From a virus, in IMG/VR virus record IMGVR_UViG_3300007722_000007, positions 1 to 64,000 of that record: a stretch of DNA of 64,000 nt. One strand, given 5' to 3'. Position 1 is the stretch's first letter. The number at the start of each line of letters is the position of its first letter. Shown in pieces: positions 1 through 10,600 of the stretch. The notes beneath the pieces are model-generated. The model searched no databases, was not told the DNA's origin, and saw only the letters and a program-made list of their open reading frames with translations. The translations under genes and the position numbers were made by a program.

Positions 1-5
1 CACCG

Positions 6-380
6 TCATCGCGTCACCTCGGGTGCCAAAGTAAAGTTCCCCTGTATAAGTCTTGACACATCGCCGCCAGCATCAACGATTTCCAAATCATAAACGCCAC
101 TAGTTTCAATAGCTGCCGTTACCATGTCGCTCATGCTGAGGGTAATCCTGCCTATCGCGCCCTCAATCGCAATTCTCCCATTTTCGGTCGTAAGCTCGAC
201 CATCACGGTTGTCGATTCAATGGTTCTGCGAACCTGCATTCGGGCGGTAAAGTGTTCAAGGTTCATGACCATATATGTCGCCCCAGTAGGGTCGACAAGC
301 AGGTCTGGTTCCTGGACATCTAGTACGCGACCAAATGTAGAGCCGGCCTCACATAAAATGTTGTATATCCCAGCTATCAA
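6..380 (-). CDS. conserved phage virion-associated protein (BppU/Ig-like)
   Basis: 124 aa; N-terminal YNILCEAGSTF and C-terminal YDLEIVD...RLIQGNFTLAPEVTR resemble a common phage tail-region family; lies downstream of the baseplate and holin genes. Confidence 0.55.
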   Translation of the reverse strand: MIAGIYNILCEAGSTFGRVLDVQEPDLLVDPTGATYMVMNLEHFTARMQVRRTIESTTVMVELTTENGRIAIEGAIGRITLSMSDMVTAAIETSGVYDLEIVDAGGDVSRLIQGNFTLAPEVTR

Positions 381-448
381 AAGTCGCTCCTAGTCATCGT
401 CTCAATGAATTATATGCTAGGGAGTGCCCCCAAAAAGGACGGTCTATC

Positions 449-664
449 TTAAAGAATAGAACCGCTATCCTTGTTTTTGCCGACGTTCTTCAATCCCATC
501 GCCATTGCGACCGATGCCGCCAAAGCGACAACGCCGACCTCAAGATTTGCCGAATTCGTCAATGACTCAAATGACAAGCCGGTTGCCGCCGATGCGCCAA
601 GCCATGCTGCCACAAATACCTTAACTGCATTTTCTGCTGACTCTTTTAAGAACTTGCTGCTCAT
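449..664 (-). CDS. putative holin (r1t-like)
   Basis: 71 aa with two hydrophobic helices, an AENAVKVF motif similar to the ERAVKTF of r1t-type holins, and a basic C-terminus. Confidence 0.55.
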   Translation of the reverse strand: MSSKFLKESAENAVKVFVAAWLGASAATGLSFESLTNSANLEVGVVALAASVAMAMGLKNVGKNKDSGSIL

Positions 665-909
665 TATTCCTCCTCGGAATTACGGTTATTGTTGTATGTC
701 TCGTGTTCTCCGCTGGCGACAATATCAATCGCCGAATTAAGCATACCATTCGCCATCCATGGGGTCATGGAGCTAGAGACGGAAATAATCAATTCGGTCT
801 CATCGCCAATGACCTCGGCAACCATAATGAAATTGGAGATAACTTTGGTCGCCTTGGCGTCCTTAAGCATTTCATCAAATATGGAGTTTATTTCATCACT
901 GTTGTCCAT
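664..909 (-). CDS. hypothetical phage protein
   Basis: 81 aa acidic ORF, tightly coupled to its neighbours, GGGGG ribosome-binding site. Confidence 0.7.
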   Translation of the reverse strand: MDNSDEINSIFDEMLKDAKATKVISNFIMVAEVIGDETELIISVSSSMTPWMANGMLNSAIDIVASGEHETYNNNRNSEEE

Positions 910-918
910 ATGGCCCCC

Positions 919-2142
919 CTATGTAAAGATATGTTCAATTTTCACGCCGACCGGTTTGGCGTAGTTAACGGCTTCTACCACTATTGGCGAACTCGTTCCG
1001 ATCAAGTCTTCGGCGCCGCCGTATGTTTGGTCCCAGGGCGTTTCAATCAAAAGCGTAAATGGGCCGTATGGCTGGTGGGTGATTACCACTGCTTTTTCAC
1101 CAATCATTACTCGTTTAACTGCGGATTCAATTGCCGGAATGGTTCCAGCGGCCATGCCGTAAAATCCGTATTTTGCCTGCCATGACTGAAATTCGCGCTG
1201 TACTTCAGACGTATTGGTCGGCGGATCCAGTTCCCCGGACGCCGAAAATCTAATGGTATCTGGGCCATCAAGAAGACTGCTATTAAGTATAAACGGATCC
1301 GATGGATCCACCGATGAGTTTAGTTTTTTTATAGGCTCAGTTCCGGAAAACTGGATCAGCCACGGCAGGGCGCCATTGTCTACAAAATCCGGATCAACAA
1401 GTCTACTTTTGGCGGCGTCATCATCTGGGACATAAAACAAAAGGTCATTTTGGTATCTGTACCGATACAGGGCCTTAATCGATCTATCGGATGACTCAAA
1501 CGCCACGTCGACAAATCTTAAAAATGCATCGTCCGGCTCCTGCTGGTACGGCTGCGAGTTAACCAGGTGGTCCGGCATTTTCTTGGCCAGCTGGCGTGTC
1601 GCCTCCCCGTATTTCCAAAAATCATATTTCCCAGATACAACTGGACGCGTGAATAAAATAACATCTGATTGAGAATTGGGAGTAAAGGTAATCGTAATTT
1701 TTAGGTGTGGCCCGACGGAATTTCGCTGTATAAGGTTTATTTTTTCGCTTCGGACAATGCCCCATCTTGGGTTGTCAAGGCCCGTCTGTGAGATGCCCTC
1801 CGCGTTTGTGGCTGCGATTGTGTAGTTAGTTGTAACATCTGGGCCGAGACCCAGCGCATCGCCAAGAACTATAGCAATCGATCCGCCGGATGGCACCGCA
1901 GTGGCGAATGTTAATATAATATCTTCGCCGATATCCTCTTCATTAAGTTTTACAACATCTAAAGATAATGAACACGATGCGGCCGTAGGCGAAATCCGTA
2001 ATTGTTTATATGTCGTATCTGTAGAGAATTCCGAATTTTCCGTTGAGTCGACCGAGCAGTTATTGGAAATCCATAAACCGGATGCGTTTAAATTCTTTAA
2101 TTTTGACGCATCGGCGCTCAGGCGATTTATTACAGCAGCCAT
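919..2142 (-). CDS. baseplate wedge protein (P2 gpI-like C-terminal part)
   Basis: DPDFVDNGALPWLIQFSG motif resembles P2 gpI; directly follows baseplate J. Confidence 0.65.
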   Translation of the reverse strand: MAAVINRLSADASKLKNLNASGLWISNNCSVDSTENSEFSTDTTYKQLRISPTAASCSLSLDVVKLNEEDIGEDIILTFATAVPSGGSIAIVLGDALGLGPDVTTNYTIAATNAEGISQTGLDNPRWGIVRSEKINLIQRNSVGPHLKITITFTPNSQSDVILFTRPVVSGKYDFWKYGEATRQLAKKMPDHLVNSQPYQQEPDDAFLRFVDVAFESSDRSIKALYRYRYQNDLLFYVPDDDAAKSRLVDPDFVDNGALPWLIQFSGTEPIKKLNSSVDPSDPFILNSSLLDGPDTIRFSASGELDPPTNTSEVQREFQSWQAKYGFYGMAAGTIPAIESAVKRVMIGEKAVVITHQPYGPFTLLIETPWDQTYGGAEDLIGTSSPIVVEAVNYAKPVGVKIEHIFT

Positions 2143-3669
2143 TTACAGGGCCACAACAGTAACGCTTGCGCGTGGGAGTAATCCGATATACATAGAGCTA
2201 TAACCGGTGATCTGCCCGCCTGGGGCGACTTCTGAAACAAGTAGCTGATTCCCCGTATGGGAATCTGGATACGACGGGATCGAACCAACGACGGACGAGA
2301 TATATGCTACCCCGGGCGTGGATAGCGCCCTTCCCACAATATCGTACAGCCGCATTTCTGTCCCAAAATTCGCCCAGTTATTCGGGGATATATATTCTTC
2401 AATTTCTTCCGTTACCGCCGACACCACATCGGAAGAAACGTGTCCGGATAAAACGCTTAGGGTAATGGTCACGCCTATGTCGTACGTCCACGCATCTAAA
2501 ACCGTGAAATTAAGCCCGGCTTGTATCCTGCCCGCGACGTCGGTATAAATTGCTGTTTTTTGTGTACGGCCAATTGGCGCTCCATCATCTCCGGATACAA
2601 AAATAGTGAAGTTCCCAGCTATTTGATTGTTTGCAACATATGTTGATAAAAGCGTATCCATCATCACAACATCCACGAGCGGACCGGGATCTATTTCCGA
2701 GCTAACGCCATCGTCGTATGTCACGGTTCCGGTTGTTCCGTCTACCACCAGGGAGTCACTACTGACGGTGAACGTGCCACTTCTCAACGCTTCGGTATAT
2801 CCGTCCACGCCGTAAAATTGTGGAGTTATAATCCTGTATGTCGTTCCATCAATTGGGGGTCCTTCGGAAATAACCATTTCGGACGCCGCCCCAAAAGCCG
2901 CGCTGGTGGTTATTGTGGCTACCGTCCCAGAGTGCGTAGAGTTCTCCGCGGATGCCGAAAACTGCGCAGCTTGTACTAAATCATAAACCTTACACCGTTT
3001 TACGGTAGATGCGTATGTAAGCAAAATATAATTTTCAATTTGCGTCGCAGTAGTCAAAACCCTACTAAGACTCTGTAAATAAGTAACAGCCCTATCTAGA
3101 AATTCACTATCAGATTCGGCTGACGATCCGGAACTAACAGCGGATGTCGTTGTAACAGAGAATAATGTAGAGCTAGGGGAGGCCGGGGTTAGCTGTGTCC
3201 CGATTGCGATTGCCGGTATTACTCCGACAACCGATGACACTAGCGATCCGGCGACGGTTGTTTCTCCGGCGAGAGCAACAATGCCGTTTAATAGTACGAA
3301 TGGGTATTCAAGCGTTTGAACGCCGTCAAAAAAACTATAGATATATGTCGTAGACCCTTCCACGACATCCCCGGCGTCAAATAATTCAAATTCAACGTCG
3401 ACTGTTGACGATGTGGCGTCATCCCTGGAGACACCCAACATCGCCAGCACGCCTTCCATTAATCCGTCCGGCAACCTATTAATGGCCCCCATTGTCGCGG
3501 CGCCAATATACGCTCCGGCCTGTAGAAGAGCGTCCTCTATGGTCCCCGGCGTTGGATTAAATTCAGGAAGAGCCTCTTGCGCGTAGGTAACTGCATCTAG
3601 ATACAGGATCCCGGGCTGCTTGTCAAACTCGGTGAAATCTATGTATGTACTAAAATCCGGGGACGCCAT
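2143..3669 (-). CDS. baseplate J-like protein
   Basis: Typical J features: PEFNPTPGTIEDALL, GSSAESDSEFLDR and C-terminal TPGVAYI; baseplate operon context. Confidence 0.85.
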   Translation of the reverse strand: MASPDFSTYIDFTEFDKQPGILYLDAVTYAQEALPEFNPTPGTIEDALLQAGAYIGAATMGAINRLPDGLMEGVLAMLGVSRDDATSSTVDVEFELFDAGDVVEGSTTYIYSFFDGVQTLEYPFVLLNGIVALAGETTVAGSLVSSVVGVIPAIAIGTQLTPASPSSTLFSVTTTSAVSSGSSAESDSEFLDRAVTYLQSLSRVLTTATQIENYILLTYASTVKRCKVYDLVQAAQFSASAENSTHSGTVATITTSAAFGAASEMVISEGPPIDGTTYRIITPQFYGVDGYTEALRSGTFTVSSDSLVVDGTTGTVTYDDGVSSEIDPGPLVDVVMMDTLLSTYVANNQIAGNFTIFVSGDDGAPIGRTQKTAIYTDVAGRIQAGLNFTVLDAWTYDIGVTITLSVLSGHVSSDVVSAVTEEIEEYISPNNWANFGTEMRLYDIVGRALSTPGVAYISSVVGSIPSYPDSHTGNQLLVSEVAPGGQITGYSSMYIGLLPRASVTVVAL

Positions 3670-3670
3670 A

Positions 3671-3973
3671 TTAATCCTCTGTTGTGTAGTCTACGAATAT
3701 GCTGACATTTCCGCTATCCGAAATATCAAAACGTTCAATTGCGCTAACTCTGATCTGCGGCCAATATTGAGCCAATGAAGATCTTAGCCCATTTGGCTCT
3801 CCGGTATCAAATGTCGGGTCGACGGTTCCAAAGCCGGGATCAAGCGGTAGTTCTCCTGGTTCAATCCGCACCGTCAGGGCAATTACTTGGTCAAAAAAAA
3901 CGCGCTGAGAGCTGTCATAGACGGCCGCCCGTCCATTGCTCCCGAATGTCAGGGGAAATACTAAGGTTTGCAT
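3671..3973 (-). CDS. baseplate wedge protein, gp25/gpW-like
   Basis: 100 aa with EPGELPLDPGFG and YWPQIRV motifs; sits between the spike and J genes. Confidence 0.75.
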   Translation of the reverse strand: MQTLVFPLTFGSNGRAAVYDSSQRVFFDQVIALTVRIEPGELPLDPGFGTVDPTFDTGEPNGLRSSLAQYWPQIRVSAIERFDISDSGNVSIFVDYTTED

Positions 3974-4002
3974 ATAACTAGTGTGCCATCACAATCGGGT
4001 TT

Positions 4003-4401
4003 TTAGTGGGTGTGAGTATTCGGCGAGCGAAGGTCGATGAGGATCGTAAGTTGGGTCTGTAATGCCAATATTTGGTCGTCAACATATTTCTTATTAGCGG
4101 CATCCTTGTCCAGGGTGGGCGTATCCACGTTTGATAGACGATAATTCTGTCCGCCACTACCAAGGAGCACAAGATTACTCCGCTTCCCCTCAAGAAATCC
4201 CACGAGAACCGATTCGCCAACAACCGGATATTTTGTGAATACCTTACACGGACCAAAAATTTGGTTTGGCGATAAATTTGGGACATTTACATAAACGCCC
4301 CCGGATGTGCGGACCACCTTGGCGATATATGTAGCATTTGGGACGAGCAGATTTTGGGATCCCTTGCCGCGGTTTATTGGCGTAAAGCGTGCGTTTAGCA
4401 T
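4003..4401 (-). CDS. baseplate central spike (gpV-like)
   Basis: OB-like N-terminus (PVVGESVLVGFLEG) and C-terminal His-Thr-His metal-binding tip motif. Confidence 0.75.
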   Translation of the reverse strand: MLNARFTPINRGKGSQNLLVPNATYIAKVVRTSGGVYVNVPNLSPNQIFGPCKVFTKYPVVGESVLVGFLEGKRSNLVLLGSGGQNYRLSNVDTPTLDKDAANKKYVDDQILALQTQLTILIDLRSPNTHTH

Positions 4402-4406
4402 GGATC

Positions 4407-5906
4407 CTATTCCGTAACTGGCTTCTGTTGATCTTTGGGTTTTTCAGGAGTTTGAAATTGTATTTGAACCGGTTGATTGTTGAACTCATCAAAGCTTACG
4501 CTGCTAACCAAATAACCGCCTCTAAAAAATGGCGGCACTGATGTTAAGTATACGGTATAACCGGGGCGTAACAATTTTCCATTCGGCGAAGCAACCGATG
4601 CGCTACCGTTTCCCTGAAGGGCATTATTTTCAGAATATTCAACATTTGGCCATGTTGTTAACTCAAAAACCCCATTATCCGGAACGGGTGTTTGTATGAT
4701 TGTGGGGATGATCGGATTTCCGCCTCCGGGCAACAGAGCGTCATCATATAAAAAAAACGGTTCCTCAACCATGTGGGCGGGTATGGCTCCATTGTTTGGT
4801 TTATTGGGATCATAACGCAGATCAATATATTTTTGCGGCACCCCTTTGGGGCTAATCTTTGAAGACAGCCCGAATTTCCAGAGCATCCATGACTGTGATC
4901 CGTATATTAACTGCCCGTCACACTCAAAGGCGATATATGCGTTTTCGGTTCCGGAACTAGTGAAAACATTCCAGACACTTTCGTCTGTTGTGCTATTGCT
5001 CGCTTTAACCAGGGCCTGTTGTTTCCCTGATTTCCGTCCGGCAAAACCAAGGTTCATGGCTCGGGCTATTGCTTTTGCGTAGTCATATCCGTTTGTCCCG
5101 GCGATATTCTGAGGCCGTTTATCTCGCTTCATGAGTTGAACCGATTTGGGCCAACACTGAATATTCACAACAGGAGAACCGCCCTGTCCTGGGCCGGATG
5201 TCACACTCCCGATTTCATATTTTAGCCCGCGATAGGTGACATCTCTACGAACATCAAAATAGCGATTTTCTATCATCGTGTAGTCCGGGTCGTAAAACGA
5301 TAGTGCGATTTGGGACGATTGACCCCAGTCATAACTAACAGACAGAGATATAAGGCGCCCGGCCACCGTTCTTTGTTCCGTATCCGGGAGCCCTGAAATA
5401 TTGAAAATATTTAACACATCTTCTACGCTTGGCGATTCCGAAATTGAATAATCTTTTGCATTAAATGCCGTTTTTAGGCGAACCAGCTGAGCGGTAATTT
5501 TTTTGCCTTCCGAGATACTTAATAACTCGGCATAGACGGCGGCGACGTAATGGAGTGGCGTCGTACCCTTTGGGTCAGATCTTTTATGGTAATTAATTTT
5601 GTCTAATGTGAATTTACCTAAATGAAATCCATCCTTTTTATATTGCGCAAGGGCTTCAACCTGCGTGTAAATTTTTCTGCCGTTTGTGCTTAATAACGGC
5701 AGATTTATTTGTATTTTTTTGCCCTTTTCCCGTAAATTTATTGTCGCCGTTATCAGGGTGGAAAAATCTTTGCCGTTAGCATTGATTTTTGTGATTCCAT
5801 TAGCCGTGCTTGTTCGCACCTGTGGCCGTGATTCAAGAATCATATTTCCCCACTCAATGGGGACGGGCCACTTGGGGTATCCGGTATATATGGGTTCGCT
5901 GGACAA
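4407..5906 (-). CDS. baseplate hub protein (gpD/gp27-like)
   Basis: C-terminal LLRPGYTVYL...GGYLVSSVSF typical of hub proteins; upstream of the spike gene. Confidence 0.65.
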   Translation of the reverse strand: MSSEPIYTGYPKWPVPIEWGNMILESRPQVRTSTANGITKINANGKDFSTLITATINLREKGKKIQINLPLLSTNGRKIYTQVEALAQYKKDGFHLGKFTLDKINYHKRSDPKGTTPLHYVAAVYAELLSISEGKKITAQLVRLKTAFNAKDYSISESPSVEDVLNIFNISGLPDTEQRTVAGRLISLSVSYDWGQSSQIALSFYDPDYTMIENRYFDVRRDVTYRGLKYEIGSVTSGPGQGGSPVVNIQCWPKSVQLMKRDKRPQNIAGTNGYDYAKAIARAMNLGFAGRKSGKQQALVKASNSTTDESVWNVFTSSGTENAYIAFECDGQLIYGSQSWMLWKFGLSSKISPKGVPQKYIDLRYDPNKPNNGAIPAHMVEEPFFLYDDALLPGGGNPIIPTIIQTPVPDNGVFELTTWPNVEYSENNALQGNGSASVASPNGKLLRPGYTVYLTSVPPFFRGGYLVSSVSFDEFNNQPVQIQFQTPEKPKDQQKPVTE

Positions 5907-5921
5907 AATTTTCTCCTGTAT

Positions 5922-7634
5922 TTAGCCGGTTATCCTAAAGTACCCTCGTCGTTTTCCATTATCCAACCAGCCGTCGCCGGTCACCACGCTCTTAAACTCG
6001 AGTACAAATTTGGTATCGGCTATATCAAGGGGCATTTCCGTAATCCTCATATTTCGGTTAAATATATCCCACGCTGCTATGAACGCCCGTTTGCTCTCCG
6101 TATCCTTTGACAAATTGTCAAAGCTGCTTGCGCGTACCTGGTTCGCATCAAATGCTTTGTCCACAGTTGGCCATGGAACCTTTGTTTTTCCCAATATAAT
6201 ACTCTCCCACACATCGGCCCCCGACAGAACCACTCTACCCGTATTTGGATTTCTGTTGCTGAGGTTCATATTTGTCAGAACGCCTGCGTTGGGTATATTA
6301 GCTTTAGTAACCTGCATCCACCCATTAGCGAGTATCATGGCGCCATCAACTGCGGTCGGCGCAGATGCTTGGTAGGAGACGATGTACTGCCCCGCTGTTG
6401 TCGTCGCAACAACCCCCGCCACAACAAAACCTCGCCCGACTATACTGCTTGGGAATGCATCCGTTTGGGACGCAACGGTGATTATGCTTTGCGGCAAAAA
6501 ATTACCTATTTCGTCTGAAACGACCCGAATTTCAACATTTCCTTCCAGGTGTGCTCTTCGGTAGGCAATGACATTATACGACACCCCCTTGGAATCCCCT
6601 TGCTCCGGCTTTGGGCTGGATCCGGTAAGGCTTATGCCGGTGCCGAATGTCAATCTACCATCAACGAGTTGCATGTCTGCAATATAACCCGCAATAATAC
6701 CGGTAGGAAAAATATGGTTATTAACGGGATTTTGCAGATTAATAGTAATTTTCCCCTTTAATGCAACGGGCGTTACGCCGACATTCACGAGCTCGCTAAC
6801 CGTGGTAACCGAGGCGACCTTAATGCCCAATTTGTCAAAGAACCCCGGATCGCTAAGGGGGGTCGGAGTGCCAATGCCGGTTAGCCCTATAGTCACGCCG
6901 TCCGCTATTGTATTACCACCAGTTGTCAGTGTTGTAACAAACAGATTTAGTTGGTTCTGGCTTGGAAGTGTTATGGCGTATACTTTCCAGGTGGATCCAG
7001 TAGTAGTGCCACCACCGCGGCCACCACCGGTAGCAGAACTCCCCTTTGGAACAACATAAGAAAATTTCGGCAGCGACAAAAATCGTTCATTAGGTCTCGG
7101 GATGTTTTCTATAAGACTTATTGTGGCGGTGCAGGCCGTTGCTGCGCCGGCTTGATTTATTCTGGTGATGGTAAACCCAAGGGAATCTATATTCCAAGAT
7201 TTCCCCGACAGTAATTTATGAACATTTTTAAAAGTTACTGGTGTATTCTCATTGGCCATATCTTTTAGCAAATTTAGCGAATCATCGATTGATATAAATA
7301 AAGAATCGAGCGGATGAGCAATGACGAATTCAAAAGAACATCGTTCCAATTTGGCGTTGGCGGTATCCAATAATGGAGTATTTAAAGGTCTCTGTATTTC
7401 CGAATAGGACAGGCCAATGCCGTCGTGCGTAAATGATGAAATCCCAAAAGGAAATTCATAAAGCAGTCGAGCCGCTTTGCCAATAACGGTTGCCTGCTCC
7501 ATTGATCTAGCCTGCGGCCCGGCCATGGCAAGATCCCCGGCTCTTTTCGTTGATAGGGCGCTGGATTTAGCCGCCTCACGTGAGGGAATTAGGATCGTGA
7601 GCTCCGTGCTTACGCGTTCTCTGCCGAATGCCAT
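5922..7634 (-). CDS. tail tube initiator-like protein with beta-rich C-terminal extension
   Basis: N-terminal YEFPFG...YSEIQRP...LERCSF domain; immediately after the tape measure gene. Confidence 0.55.
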   Translation of the reverse strand: MAFGRERVSTELTILIPSREAAKSSALSTKRAGDLAMAGPQARSMEQATVIGKAARLLYEFPFGISSFTHDGIGLSYSEIQRPLNTPLLDTANAKLERCSFEFVIAHPLDSLFISIDDSLNLLKDMANENTPVTFKNVHKLLSGKSWNIDSLGFTITRINQAGAATACTATISLIENIPRPNERFLSLPKFSYVVPKGSSATGGGRGGGTTTGSTWKVYAITLPSQNQLNLFVTTLTTGGNTIADGVTIGLTGIGTPTPLSDPGFFDKLGIKVASVTTVSELVNVGVTPVALKGKITINLQNPVNNHIFPTGIIAGYIADMQLVDGRLTFGTGISLTGSSPKPEQGDSKGVSYNVIAYRRAHLEGNVEIRVVSDEIGNFLPQSIITVASQTDAFPSSIVGRGFVVAGVVATTTAGQYIVSYQASAPTAVDGAMILANGWMQVTKANIPNAGVLTNMNLSNRNPNTGRVVLSGADVWESIILGKTKVPWPTVDKAFDANQVRASSFDNLSKDTESKRAFIAAWDIFNRNMRITEMPLDIADTKFVLEFKSVVTGDGWLDNGKRRGYFRITG

Positions 7635-7635
7635 G

Positions 7636-10600
7636 TTACGACCGCTCTACTGCATTTTGTTGCGCCCGCGCGATTACGTCCATAACCTTTTGGGCAAGTA
7701 GCTCGGCTGATTGGCCGGGTCCCCCATAAACATTAACGGTAACCGGGGTTACTACATTATTCCCAGCTTTGGATCCCTTTACTCCACTGACTGATCGTGA
7801 TGTTCTTGTATCGCCCAGCGGTGGGACCACATGAAGGTGCCGAGTTCCACCAACTCCATGGAATTCAGCAAAGCCGCCAGAGTCATTAATCATCTTTGAA
7901 TACTGGCCGAGATTTTGGCCAACTAGGTCGTATGCGCGACCAGCTAAATGATCGGAACTTGGAGAGCCGAGCATATCCGTTCTAAATGAACTTGTAATTG
8001 AGCGACTTCCGGTGAGCATGGAATCGAACCTGGAGTGGGCACCGAGTGTCGCTCCAAGCGCCCGCGGTATCCGTGTGTCGCCCACGAGACCACGCCGTGG
8101 AGAATAGGTGTCGGGCGTAGGATTCCCATTCTGGTCAACCTTCAGCCCCTTCTGCCACCATGGCGGAGCATTTTCCCACCACTCTGGCTTGTCATCAAAT
8201 CCGACCGTCAGTGCATCCAAGAACTGCTGTCCCCATTCGGCCCCAAGCTTGGTGAGATTTTCGGCCACTAGCGCCTGGAATGAACGTTCTGCATTTAGGC
8301 CGGTAAGATCGCCGATAAGCCCGACCTTTGCCATTTCTTCCAAAATCTGATTGCCATCCATTGCTGAAACATCTTTGTTCGCAAGGAAGTCTTGAAGCAC
8401 TCCAAGTTTTTGAGGATCGCCCGTTATGGCGTTTTGTAACTGAGTGGTCACCCGGCTCATTTCTTGATTATCTAATTCAAAACCCCTATCGGCTAGTAGT
8501 CCGGCGACGCCCTGGGCCCCCACGCCGGCAGCACCAGAAAGACCCTTTTTCCCTGCCGCCGCAGACATATCCGCCCCTGACGCTAATACGCCACCGCCGA
8601 TGTCATATTTTGTATTGAATTGTCTTTCAAGTTCTTTATTACCGTCAAATAAGCCACCCGGCTTAAACATTGCCCCGCTGGCCATATCAGCGAACATCTG
8701 AAGTTGTTTCGCGGGATCATCGGCATTAATCAGTGAATTGTAATCAAACTGCGTTTGCTGGAAATCAATAAAATCATCAACGGTCGCATTGCCGCCAAGC
8801 TCCTTTAGGTTCATTGTTTGTTTTCTTACGGCTTCAGTGACGCCTCTACGCTTGCGGAACTTGTCAAGCTCCGCCATCGCCCCGACTCCGATATCCAGCA
8901 ATGCGAACTTAAGATCTTCGGCGGTCATTCTCATTTTTTTACCGAGGCGCTCAAACATATTGCCAACGGTTAACGATGTGTTAAACAGATCAATCCCACT
9001 CTTTTTCGCCATAGCGGCGGCGCCACGTCTATCAACTCCAAACCGTTGCATTAATAGTTTTATTCTTTCATCAAAATTATCAAGCGCCAACTTATTTTGT
9101 GTGTCTACGGATGAGCCTACCCCGGCGGTTTTATAGAACGAAGTGCGATCAAGGTTCGCGTTGGCCATGGCCGCCTGGGCGGCGGTTTTCCCTTCCGCCG
9201 TACTGGTGCTTCCAAAAAATCCCTGATCGTATAATTGTTGGATTCCTGCTTTCCCGCCCAGTCTTATGGCGGAATCGCGCTGTCCGCTTTTCCTCTTCAA
9301 GACATCCCGCGCGCCGGTTGTTGAAAGGTCTTTGTCCCTCAACATGGCGGTTACAACATCGCTCATAATTCCGGTATTAATACTGCTGGCAGCGGCCTTT
9401 GAAAGTTTTGTACGGTTACTTTTGACCATTATCGCCCCGGCCGCGGTGCCGATTAAGAAACCGGCGATTCTTGCTACGGCCTTTACCTGTTCCGGCATCC
9501 CGGATGTAAACGAGGCCGCGGTTGCGTATCCGGCCGCTCCGCCGCCAAGCATTCCTTTTGCGTAACTTGTTTGGCCCGCCATCATTCCGAGTCCGCCGCC
9601 AATAAGCATTCCTTTTCCACCCATGATCGAGCCCATTGCGGCCCCTGTGGCGGCATTACGCGTAGTTCTGTCTTGTATCTTGTCAAGTGCGCCGCTTGAC
9701 ATCAACATCATTCCGGCCATGCCTAGTCCAGGGGACATTTGTTGTCTTAGGCCGGCCTGCATTTGCTCGCCCCTGCCGCGCATTGCTGCGTTCATTTTCG
9801 TTTTAATGGCAAAGAACCGCGCGGCAGATGTCGATGGTGGGTTAAAGCCCACACCACCAAGACCAGTGGTCCCCCTATTCCTGAACGCATCATCAAATCT
9901 TTGGCCTCTGCCGGATCCCACCGCTGTGTTATATGCGTTATTTGAACGAAGATCTCTAAATCTGAGCTGTCTAATACTGGCATTTTCTGCATTCGCCCTT
10001 CTCAGTTGTGTCGTTATCCGGCGGTTATGCCACTGTTTCGCGGCCGCCCCACTGAGGCCCAGTGGCATGGCTGATTGGTTAACTGGCGAATTTGGGTTAT
10101 ACGGCGTTATGAAATTGCCTCGGACTTTGCTAAATGCCGTACCAGCCTGCATTTCTTTCTCGGAAAATTGACGGAAGCCGTATTGATTCCGGCCATTTAT
10201 TTCCCGCCAGCGACTGAGGGCCACCCCTGAAGCGACGTCATCTATTCCGCTGCTAAATGAACCTAGTGCACGCGTTCTGCCCCTACCGCTACCGAATATG
10301 GTTTGACTCATCGATTTTTGATTGCCTGCGACGGCCGCGGCGTAACGGCTAGCTCCAGCCGCTGGGTCATTTAGAACGGCCCCACGGAATCTCCTTCTTC
10401 TGCCTTTGCTCATAGCCATAAACATTCCCCCGGCTACCGCGGCCCCAGCGAATGGACCAAGCCCGGCAAATCTTGTTCCGCTTTTACCAGCACCCCCATC
10501 GGGAGCGAACTGGCCGCCAAATGCCTGAAATGTTCCAACAGCGCTAGCGACGCGCCCAAGCCCACGCAATAGCGCCGATAGCGCGTTAACGATCGCCGTA

